A program made the translations under genes and the position numbers. A stretch of DNA of 56,599 nt, counting the filler, from Jimgerdemannia flammicorona (taxonomy: Eukaryota): the NCBI GenBank assembly GCA_003990765.1. It is 2 parts of 2 records of this genome, joined end to end, with 100 filler letters (N's around TTAATTAATTAA, not from the genome) between each part and the next. Parts side by side here need not be neighbours in the genome. Positions count along the whole stretch, not along the records: positions 1 to 28,252 come from RBNJ01000576.1; 1 more part is not named here. The stretch is one strand, 5' to 3'. The notes beneath the pieces are model-generated. The model searched no databases. It was not told the DNA's origin and saw only the letters and a program-made list of their open reading frames with translations. Position 1 is the stretch's first letter. The number at the start of each line of letters is the position of its first letter. Positions 1 through 10,124 of the stretch are shown here, in pieces.

Positions 1-56
<56 letters not shown>
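1..56. repeat. poly-A tract at contig start
   Basis: 56 consecutive A; probably a retroelement tail or homopolymer at which the assembly broke. Confidence 0.9.
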
Positions 57-57
<1 letters not shown>

Positions 58-99
58 AAGTTATATAAAAAACATACTTGCAAAAAAAATAACTCTATC

Positions 100-420
100 T
101 CTCCTCCTCCTTGATGACTCTTATGATACTTGTTAAAATGTGCCCACAAATTTGTTGAACTACCAATAGCTTTATATGATACTCTACAGTGATTACATTT
201 GATTCAAACATCTCCATTTTCCATATGCTCCTTTGTGAACTTCTTCCAAATGTCAGAGCATTCTTTTCCTTTCTCAGACCATGATGAGACCTGTGATGAG
301 ACTACACTTGTTGTAGCTATACTTGCATCTGACACTAAAGCTGTTACCATAGTATCCTCTATAGATAGTGGTGTCAAAAGTGCATCAGATATACTTGATT
401 ACTTTGAGAGAGTATTGTTG
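100..420 (-). pseudogene. hAT-type transposase N-terminus (BED zinc finger), degenerate
   Basis: Manual minus-strand translation of ~118-260 gives SDIWKKF...DV*IKCNHCRVSYKAIGSSTNLWAHFNKYH, matching the BED finger pattern (W..F, CxxC, TNL..H...H); the stop is a likely CGA>TGA. Confidence 0.75.
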
Positions 421-454
421 TATGTTAAATCGCATGTGTGAATTACTACTATAT

Positions 455-573
455 TTAGATTCGAATCAAATTGATTTGATTTGATTTGTTCAAATCGAAT
501 TGATTTGATTCAAATTGGACTTCGAATTAAATTGATTCGATTCGAATCGAATTTCAATTCATTAGGAGCACTA
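455..573 (-). mobile_element. hAT-like terminus with subterminal ATTCG/ATCGA pentamer repeats
   Basis: Pentamer array ending in CAATTCATTAGGAGCACTA (reverse complement TAGTGCTCC...), upstream of the BED ORF; the same terminus recurs at 889 and 9349. Confidence 0.7.
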
Positions 574-889
574 CCTAAACTTCAAAATGCAATGACTTGA
601 CGAAAACATGTCCAAATTTGATATTCTTTATTGTGTTGGATTCGCCTGAATAAGGCAAATCCAACAAGCTAAAATTCATTAATTTTGGACATGTTTTCAT
701 TGAGTTGTTGAATTTTGAAAGATTAAGGTTTGAATCAAACTTCAAATTGAATTGAACCTTTGATTCGATTCGATTGAATTGAATTGAGACCTTGATTCAA
801 ATCGAATCGAATCAAATTGGCCCTTGAATATTTCGAATCGAATCAAATTGAGGTCAAATTTGACTCGATTCAATTCATTGGGATCACTA
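574..889. mobile_element. second hAT-like/MITE end with ~145-bp internal hairpin, inserted into Gypsy pol
   Basis: Ends CAATTCATTGGGATCACTA at 889, abutting RNase H coding sequence; 578-722 is an imperfect palindrome centred on GTTGGATTCGCC...GGCAAATCCAAC. Confidence 0.65.
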
Positions 890-2760
890 ATCAGACTATT
901 CACTCTGACCATGAATGCCTCTGATATTGTCATTGGGGCAGTGCTCAGCCAAGAAGACTGCCCAGTGACCTACCTTTCTCAGAAGCTTAAGCCAGCTGAG
1001 ACCCAGTATACTACCTATGAGAAGGAACTCCTGGCTATTGTCACTGCACTTCAGAAATGGCATTATTTCCTCCTAGAACAGCCATTTGTGGCCTACACTG
1101 ATTACTATACATTGTGATATATTCATACACAGCCCATGCTGACCCACAGACAAGCCCACTGGATAGAAATCATTGCTATCTTTGATATGGAAATCAAGTA
1201 TATTCCAGGCAAAACCAACTATATGGCTGATGGTTTCTCCAGGTACATGGAAGATGAACTTGTCTTTATGGTCGAAGTAATTGGAGACCTTACCCAAATG
1301 ATCAAGGAAGGCTACCAGTAAGATAGCTCCCTGGAAAATTTTCTTCAAATCTGCCAAGACCCAGAGGCCGAGGTTCCAGAACCCATGAGGCAAATGGCCA
1401 AGAGATTCACCTATCATGATGGACTTATCTACAGGGACTATGACAGAGTGGTTGTATCCAACAATGATACTCTACAGCTCAAGATCATGCAGGAACTCCA
1501 GATACTCCTGCAGCACGATATTTTGGTTTTGAAAAAACCTACAACCTCCTCTCAAGAGAGTTCTACTGGCCAAAGATGACCAAGGACTTTAAAGACTTTG
1601 TAACCTCATGCGAGATGTGCTAAAGGTTTAAAAGTGGTAACAAGCTACCAGCTGGACTCCTGCAACCCTTGCCTATCCCGAGTCACAACTGGGACCAGAT
1701 TGCAATGGACTTTATTGTCCAACTTCCCAAGACTAAGGCAGGATGAGATGCCATTGTGGTATTCATGAACCACCTAAGTAAACAAGCCCATTTTGCACCT
1801 ATTAAGACCACTGCTACAGCACCAGAGATTGCTGAGATTTTCCTCAATCAAGTATTCAGACTATATGGCATACCTAGTACTATTGTATGTAACTGAGATG
1901 CCAAGTTTACAAGCAACTTCTGGAAGGTATTTTTCTCTCTCCATGGAACCAAGCTGAAGTTCTCTACTGCCTATTACCCTCAGACTGACAGTCAAACTGA
2001 GCATACCAACAGGACTCTCAAACAGATGCTTAGCATCTTCTACTATTACAAACAAAATGATTGGGATAAATACCTAGCCCATGTCAAGTTTGCCTATAAC
2101 AACAGTCAGCAAACCTCTATAAAGAAGACTCCATTTTTCCTAAACCATGGTCAACACCCGAGGACACTGCAAAATCAGCAGTCTCAGCAGCCCAAGATCT
2201 GGCCAAGACCATTTCTGATCTTACCTGAATGACAAGAGATGCTCTCATAGAAGTACAAGACTACCAGACTAAGTATGTGAACTTGAAGTGAAGAGAAGCC
2301 TTCTATAATATTGGTGACATGGTTATGCTTAAAACAGACCACCTCCACCCAGACACCCTGGCACAACAACCAGCCAAAAAACTCTATGCTAGAAGAATTA
2401 GACCATATAAGATCATGGAAAAGATCAGCAAAGTCAACTACAAGTTGCAACTTCCCCACAATATCTGAGTACACCCAGTATTCCATATCAGCCAATTGGT
2501 AGACTACTATGAGAATTTATTTCCCAAGCATACAATTCCACCACCACCCCCAATTAGGATCAATGATCATGAGGAATTCGAAATTGAGGAAGTACTTGAC
2601 CACAAGGTCCACAAATATCCCAAAACAGTCAAGCAGTTTTTCCTGATCAAGTGGAAGGGTTACCCCACCCATAATGCCACCTAGGAAAAAGAAGAAGCCC
2701 TGAAGAATGCATGCAAAGCCCTCTAGGACTACATGGAAACACTCACTCTCCAGCAAAGAA
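890..2760 (+). pseudogene. pol remnant: RNase H, integrase, C-terminal chromodomain
   Basis: [59 protein letters not shown]...FLIKWKGYP; many stops and frameshifts. Confidence 0.92.
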
Positions 2761-3347
2761 AGGAACTACAGCTCTAGGATTTGGAGCACACAGTGAGTAG
2801 AAGGATACCACATATTTATCTGGAAACATATAATACTAAACATTGTGAAAAAAGGAATACTATAGATAACCAACAAGAAAAAGGCCAAGTAACAGACAGT
2901 CTAGTATAGTACAGTAAAATACATTAGAACAACTCCATTTCATGCCATCTGTGTCATCTCCGCTGGATGATGACGAACACTTCATATGGAACTTAGGAAA
3001 GCTGATGATGTCAAAACCAGTCTAAGTCTATCTATGTGACAGATATTGTTACTAGGAATTACCTCAGATTACAAGAAAAGTCTATTTCCAAGAGGTTTGG
3101 ACCCCCAGCCATAGCAATGGGAGCCCTCGCTCTAGACAAGGATGGCCAGGCCTTGCAAATGTGCCAACCAGACAAAAAAAAAGAGGACTAAGATCTGTTA
3201 ACCCTGTGTAACCACAACTACAAGTGATGATATCTTCGAAATCAGAATTTTCTTATGTGATCAGCATATGCTCTGCTTATAGCAACAGGTCATGTATTTT
3301 GTCAGAAAGTGTGACCAAAGGAAGGTTACATCAGATGGGTGAATAAG

Positions 3348-3358
3348 TATAAATACCC
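3348..3358 (+). promoter_or_regulatory. internal TATA-like box upstream of accessory ORF
   Basis: TATAAATACCC, the same motif as the LTR TATA at ~4566, ~70 bp upstream of the ORF start. Confidence 0.55.
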
Positions 3359-3420
3359 AAGGCAAGAATACTCCACAACTCTTATCCCCCTCTCCTCACA
3401 AAGAAAAAGACAAGACAAGA

Positions 3421-4251
3421 ATATCTGTCACTTGCCACCAAACTGCCTGCTATAGCCAGCCCCTCCTAAGCCAGATTGACCATCTCTTTGAATATATCCA
3501 GGTTGCTATCCAAGGAAGGAACCACCACTCAGAGGCTCTTAATCTCTCCAGCCAGGACCTAGGACATTATGTCCTCAACAACTGTGAAGTCATTGAAAGG
3601 GCCTACCTTGCCACTAGCTGCCTAGAGATCTGGCATAAATATAAGATTGGCCATCAACTCCTCCAATAGGCAAAGGACCTGTCCATAGATCAAGTCTCTG
3701 ATTGGACCCACCTGGATGGGAGCAAGCAAAGACTTGTCAAGAAGGTCCATCGAATTATATACTATGCACTCTTTGCAATCCCCAACCTCAACTATGTCTA
3801 ACTGAAGGACTTCCAGAACCTCTCCTTCTTTGAGGTTGATGAACTAGAAATCAAGATAGCCCAAGAAGCCAACTCTTGGATCACCCTCAAGTCTACTGAC
3901 TGCGAATTCTACTGGAGCCCCCTCCTAAATGACAACTCTGACCAATGGCTCTAAGGCCTCTCTGATCTCTTTGAAGGACTGCCCATCCAAATGGATATTC
4001 CCAGACATGAGGATCAAGAACCCTACTTGGATGGCCCCCACTGCATCAGATGGAGAACCCCTACACCAGTACCTATCCCAATGCAAGAACCATTTGCAGA
4101 CCTCATTGACTTCTCCATCTTAGACAGCAAGCCATCAGCAACCACCACCCTCCCTGCTACTGAAGAAGATGCCAACAACCCTGAGCAGGATTCCCCACCT
4201 TTCTCTCCTCTGGTTCTCAATTTCTCTATCAACGAGGATGTTGATTTCTAA
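3421..4251 (+). pseudogene. accessory ORF of unknown function (276 codons) between pol and PPT
   Basis: Single frame with ATA (likely ex-ATG) start and 3 internal stops; collinear with 39354-40190 (ATSCLEIWHKYKIG vs ATKCLQMWQEYEIG; IPNLNYV*LKDFQNLS vs IPNLEYIRVSDFRDLS; YWSPLLNDNSDQWL*GL vs FWHPILQDNPDQFLQGL). Confidence 0.85.
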
Positions 4252-4262
4252 GGAGGAAAGAA

Positions 4263-5046
4263 TGTAATAGAATGAGGTGCGACGAGCGATCACGTGACCC
4301 GATGGCAATGACATCATCATATGAATGAAGCATGATATATGATACGAATAATGCAAAATGATGCGGAAAACAATATCTAGCTTATCCCCAACAATTGGCA
4401 CTATAGCAACTGTTGCCACAGCTACTAATCATTGCCTAGTAATTGAGATCCTGATCATAAAGATATTCTTTACCAAAAACCACCTGACAAAGGTTATAAT
4501 TACAAACCTCATTATAGTTACTAAATTAGTCACTCATACTTAGTCAGAAATCACAGACCAACTTGTATAAATACCCCCCAGTTTTCATCTGAAATAAAGC
4601 AGTTTTAGTTCAGTTCTTGATATAAGAATCAAGTTCTCCCTCTATATATACATCCTCCTGAGTCTTAGTAATGATATCTAAGTGACCCTAATGTTTCTGA
4701 CTAAACTCCAGAAGCCTAGCTAACTTCTGCCAGAACTGAGACTGGTATATAAATCCCCAAAGACTTAAGTAAACCCATTGAATCTAAATTCCAAGGTGAA
4801 TTCAGTCTATATATAGAAAAGAATAAGACTCTCGAAATAGAGCACAAGAGAAAGACCTTTGAAACAGAAGGCAAACCTGAAAAAGATCTTTAAAAGATAC
4901 GGCACTGCTGCTACACTTACTTATAAGTGAGTGCTTCCTCAAACTGAAGGCTTCTTAGTATATATTGTGTACTAAGTCCCTAAGTAATAGTCCACTTCCC
5001 TAATTATCTAAAGGATAAGAGAGAGATAGAAGTGAGAGTTATTACA
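4263..5046 (+). repeat. 3' LTR of element A1 (~784 bp)
   Basis: TGTAAT...ATTACA termini; TATAAATACCCC and AATAAA at ~4566-4598; homologous to 22321-23076. Confidence 0.9.
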
Positions 5047-5854
5047 TTGAGCTACTAAACAATAGCTAGCTTAGGTTAATAAGGGAGCAGTGCTTGATGG
5101 GTGGTGGGGGAGGATTTTAGCCTATATAGACTAGGTTCAATTTCAATAAAAATCTATGAGACTTTGAGTCTATAAAATAAAAATAAAAAGTAGATGAGTA
5201 GATAAGACAGTGAAGATGACAATAAAAAAGAAGTTAATATGGAAAAACAAAAATATGTAAAGTGGTATTTAATATCTGAGTTCTGATAGTAATATACTGA
5301 AAATAAGTATTTGAAGAGAAATAATAGATAAAGATTAAGAAGTTAGTAGCTAGATAGAGATAATTAGTAAGAGAAGTAGTTCAAAGATAGTAATATCAAG
5401 AGAGATATAGGAGAGCTAGTATCCTGAGAAATATACTAGAAGTAGTACTAAAAAATTATAGCCAGTTATTATTAAAGAAAAAGTCAGATAGAGAAAAGAG
5501 ATAAAAATAATAATAGAGAGAAATAAGAGAAATTAGAAATTCTATAACTCTCTGTTCCATCTATCTCTAGTGCAGCTAGCTATTAGTGTAGCAGTAGGAC
5601 ACTTTGCTATAAATAGACACAGATAGATAGACTAATAAAGTACTCTAGTACTTAAAAAGAATATATTGTGAGATATTGGAAATTGAAGAATCGAAATCAC
5701 GTGGTTTTAAAAGTCTACCAAGAAAAAAAAAAAAAAAATCAGGTGGTGAAAAGATCAGGTGATGCTTTAAAAAAAGGTGGCGTCAAGGATGATATAACCC
5801 TACCTCAAAGACAACAAAAGTCAACAAAGTGGCGAAAGACAGCATCTGGCAAAG

Positions 5855-7471
5855 ATGGCAACCAATAATCCCAAAGACAATGTGGCAGAAGACAAAGATA
5901 GTCTCCAACAATTCCACGAAGGCCAGGTGATATACGTATGTAGCCAGATCACCCTTTGCAAAAAGATTCAAGACCAACAATTTTCCGTGGTTTTCAAAGG
6001 CCAGAGACTAGATGACACCCTCTGTGCAGTCAAGATAATGAAGAAAAAGAATGTTCCATCGCCTGTCGTCAATCTGATGTGGAATGAGATGTCTATGACG
6101 GACCTCGAGCATCCCAATATCGTAGAATTTTATGAGGTGGCTGCGACGAAATGTTTTATGTTCATTGTGATGGAACTTGCTGATGGAGATGTAGGTGAAC
6201 TTTTGGAGGAGACTGACCATACTGGCGCCAGCAACCAACCCATTATCTTTGACATCTTCTACCAGGTCTTTGATGCTATAACCTTCTTACATGACCGCAA
6301 AATTGCTCACCGTGATATCAAATTCGAAAACATTCTATACAAGCGAAATACAGATAAAATACGCATCTTCTTGTGTGATTTTGGTATGTCAGCAAAAGTT
6401 AATCAATCCGAGAAGATTTTCCATTGTGGGACTCTTAGTTCCATGTCACCCGAGCTGTTCGGCCCTGCGCAATCCAAATACAACCCGTTCGCCGCTGATC
6501 TTTGGGCTTTGACAATCACTCTTTTCAAGTTACTGACATTTGAAGAACCATGGACAGAGGCATCGAAGAGCAACGTGGAGTATTCGAATTATCTCACCCA
6601 CCGCGATTCCATTTTTGCTTCAACCAACATCCTCTGCAAGGATCTCAGCGAGCAGGTGAAATGTCTCCTGCTAGATGGATTGAATCCTAACCCCCATTTC
6701 CGGCCTAAAATATGCAAGTTTCGCGAAGATTTCATGGCGATCACGGAGCTGTGGACCACAAAGCCTCCCCGAAAGCGTCGTCGGTCTACTGAAATAGAAG
6801 AGCTTCCTCCCCAGAAGCGGTCGGGACGCATCTGTGCATGCTGTAAAATAGCGAGCACAACAGGGTTGGAATATCCATTCAAAGGCCAGTGGAAGAATAA
6901 TTGGATCTGCGGGATCTGCCTTAAGTCAAAGGAAGAGTTGTTGTTGATTGGCATTGGTGGTGCGGAGAAGCTTGGGTTACGCCGAACAGGTATTTACATT
7001 TTTAAGTGATTTGTGATTTGGTATGTTTCGTTTCCAAACCCATGTGATTAACAACCAGCCAATTTTTCAATCGTAGATGTCCGCCTCCTCCCACGGCTTT
7101 TAGTAGGAGTGTGTGACGATTCTGTGCCTACCTACATTTATGTTGGGCGGACTCTCATTGTCTCAGAATTAGATGTCAAGTCCATCATCCCAACCTTGTA
7201 TGAACTGAAAGACGGCAAAAGAACGGCGCAAAAATATGACAAATTGCGTTCCAAACTTATCGATAGAGTCCACAATTCCGCATTTGATATGCTCCACAAA
7301 GAGTTCACAAACGTACCGAGCCAGGTCATCCACAGCAAGATAACAGAACTATTAAATGATGCAGAGTTTCTGACTCATGTACAATCATTACCGAATGGAC
7401 TCACGTTTTATTTACCCATAGAGGTCGAACAAGAAATGATTGACAAAATCATCAAAACCATCAAATATTGA
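5855..7471 (+). CDS. Ser/Thr protein kinase (Ran1/Sks1-like features) with basic NLS-like stretch and C-terminal CxxC...CxxC; probable second exon 7077-7471
   Basis: AVK, HRDIKFEN, DFG, CGT..SMSPE, DLWAL in an uninterrupted 384-aa ORF (5855-7009); a GT..AG intron 6990-7076 would join it in frame to ORF 7109-7471 (splicing inferred). Confidence 0.85.
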
Positions 7472-7811
7472 AAATAATAAAATTGTGCCCTTGCTGAAGA
7501 CCGCCAAAGTAGATGACAGTACCAACCTGGAGGAGGAGAGAGGGGTAGGGGTGTGGTGAATAGGCTTGAGGATATGCAGACTGGGCTGAATGAAGGCTCA
7601 AGATGTTCATATGTCCGTTGCAAAAAGACAGTCTTAAAGGACAACTTACGATGTGAAGAAACCCATGGATGTCATCCCATTTCAACTTCTTAATCTTCTT
7701 CCCTTTGACAAGACCTACCACCCATTGGCAAAAAATAACAATCTTGTCAGGTCAGAGCTCCCTCACAAAAACAGCCCACCAATCACATCTCACCCAGCCC
7801 TTTTCTTCACC

Positions 7812-8640
7812 TTAATAACCCTTATAAATGCCACACACATCGCATCCTCTCGTGATCCCGATCCTAATGATAACCTTAACGCTGGCATTCATGCCTCGTG
7901 AGTCCTCTCCCTGATGTGAGGAAGCCGATCTTCCTGGGGTCGCGGTGGGCTTGATTGTGCGGTTGGCAACCTCGTGCGATAGTGGGTGTCCCACGTTCAT
8001 GAAAATTAGCAGGTTGTTGAGCAGGTCCAGCATGTACAGCTCTGTCGGGGGTTGGCGAGGCCATCTGTGGGACAGCGAGACGAGGAGGGCGCGGGTGTAT
8101 GCATTTGGAAATCGATTCCACGGTCTAAGAATGACCAGCAGAGGTTGTAGCAACGGTGTAAGATCAGTCTTATTAGAGATATGAATCAATGATCTGTTGG
8201 TCGGAACCAAGAAAAGGCAATTAAGGTTATTAAACTCCACAGGGTGCCCACGAACACATTTTTTTTTTTTTTTTCGAACACTTTCCTTTCCAAAGAAAAC
8301 GCATTTCCTGGTTCCAATCATTCTACATACCGCAAGATCCCCGGACACAGCGGCTACACTCGATTGCACCAGTCTCCAGATCCTTAATCGTCACGACTGG
8401 GTTAATCCACAGCTTGGCAGTCAAATCCTGGATAGGCAGCTTTCCGAACAGGGTGATTCAGATCTTCTTAGTGTCACCGGAGGGGGCAGCGACGGTTTGG
8501 AAGCTCCGGGTACTGTAAAAGACCAGGGCGTTGGTGTAAGCATCCGGGGTGGGGGCGGTGAGAGTGAAATGCAAGAGACCTTCAAGGATAATATAATTGG
8601 AACTATCTCATCAACCCGACAACGCCACGCGTAGCCAGCC
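7812..8640 (-). pseudogene. possible spliced gene or pseudogene of unknown function
   Basis: CpG-retaining, coding-like minus-strand frames (DAYTNALVFYSTR...K I* ITLFGKLP...CSRC; SLIHISNKTDLTPLL...) separated by a GTATGT...CAG intron-like segment (~8330-8193); no recognisable domain. Confidence 0.3.
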
Positions 8641-8806
8641 AAAATGGGTGGAGTGCTCAGTAAAATTCTGTTCGTGTATTTCCAATAGCTAGAGCTAATG
8701 GCGAAATTGTGGTTATTAATATAATGCTTTCTTACATGAAAGTCTTTGAAATCAATATACAAATTGAAACATATCTTTTCCAATGGATGCTAGAGTCATG
8801 AAATTC

Positions 8807-9129
8807 TTTGAAGTCCTGTTTATTTTTCATCGCTAGGGTGCCGAAGCACCAACCTTGTCTCATCTACCTGAATGAACTTCTTTGAAGCCCTGTTTATTTC
8901 TCATCGCTAGGGTGCCGATGGCCACTAACCTTGTCTCATCAACCTGACTACGTCATATAACCGCAGCCAGCCAAGAGGGGAACAAGGCAGTGCTCTTCGT
9001 CGTCCTTGAAGCCCTGTTTATTTCTCATCGCTAGGGTGCCGATGGCCACTAACCTTGTCTCATCAACCTGACTACGTCATTTAGCCGCAGCCAGCCAAGA
9101 GGGGAACAAGGCAGTGCTCTTCGTCGTTC
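8807..9129. repeat. tandem repeat: one ~74-bp partial plus two ~124-bp units
   Basis: TTGAAGCCCTGTTTATTTCTCATCGCTAGGGTGCCGA... starts at ~8808, 8882 and 9006; the last two units are nearly identical. Confidence 0.9.
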
Positions 9130-9348
9130 ATGGAGTGCTCAGTGCTCAGGCTCACCGATCCTGTCTCATCCCCGTAGAAACCCAAATATGATGACGTAAT
9201 CTGTGATGTAAATCATCATAAGCCACCCACCCTTTGTCATCACGAATATCATCAACTTTAAAAGTATAGAACGTCATGATGATAAATGCTATTGATTTAT
9301 CATAATTTTATATAAACTTCTTTTTTTAAATTATATAATCCTTATAGT

Positions 9349-9919
9349 TAGTGCTCCAAACAAGCTGATCTGGATTAGATTCAAATCCCATCAGGATCAA
9401 TTCAAATCAACTATTGTTTTGATTTCCAAATTAGACAATTAAATGTTTACATCAATAACTCAATGAATAATTATCCAATTTTAATGATCTTGGTATCATT
9501 TGAAAGCCCTTAATAAGGCCTTTCTAATGATATCAAGAATATTGAAATTAGATTATATATTGCTGAGGTATCAAGGAAAACATCTGACTTACCAATTTTG
9601 GAAACTATTTGACTTGCTGATTTTGGAGATTTCTTCAAAAGAACATTTTTCTTAATAACTAAACAATACATAATCTGATTTTAATATTCTTAATATCATT
9701 AGAAAGGCTTTATTAAGAGCTTTCAAATGATACTAAGATTAATAAAATTAAATAATTATTTATTAAGTTATTAATATAAAAATTTAATTATCTAATTTAG
9801 AAATCAAAACAATAGTTGAGTTGAATTGATCTGGATGGGATTTGAATCACATCTGAGTTGATCTAGATGGAAATCTAATATGAATCCATTTAGATTAAAT
9901 TAACTTATTCAGAATACTA
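9349..9919. mobile_element. foldback MITE with hAT-like termini
   Basis: Starts TAGTGCTCCAAACAAGCT and ends AACTTATTCAGAATACTA; ~210-bp inverted arms; flanks CTTATAGT / CTTATATG are a 6/8 match to an 8-bp TSD. Confidence 0.8.
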
Positions 9920-9999
9920 CTTATATGATAATACTCCTAAATAAATTAAATTATAATAGAAGATTAGATTATTATATATTAAATTAGTATAGATTGGTT

Positions 10000-10033
10000 T
10001 GATAATAAATACAGAAGTCCAAGTAACTATAAA
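10000..10033 (+). mobile_element. short LINE 3'-end remnant
   Basis: AATAAA...AGTCCAAGTAACTATAAA matches the LINE tail motif seen at ~21573, ~26753 and ~41449. Confidence 0.6.
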
Positions 10034-10124
10034 TAGGACTTCTTTTGCTTAAACCATTCAGAGTGAGCTAAGTCATATGGATACCTTTTTATGAAAAGCA
10101 ATATATTTCCAAGTTTTTACTTTA

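Larger units (their letters stand above)
890..5046 (+). mobile_element. Ty3/Gypsy chromovirus-type element A1, 5'-truncated (RH-IN-chromodomain, accessory ORF, PPT, 3' LTR)
   Basis: RNase H, integrase and chromodomain motifs; PPT AAGGAGGAAAGAA ending 4262 directly before TGTAAT; LTR ends TTACA at 5046. Confidence 0.92.

Noticed and set aside
742..933. 63-aa ORF and other small ORFs over the pentamer arrays
   Set aside because: Translation of subterminal repeats
8807..9129. CRISPR array or hammerhead ribozyme repeats (TGATGAG...GAAA on the minus strand)
   Set aside because: Units are tandem with no unique spacers, and I could not find a CTGATGA core with consistent stems I-III
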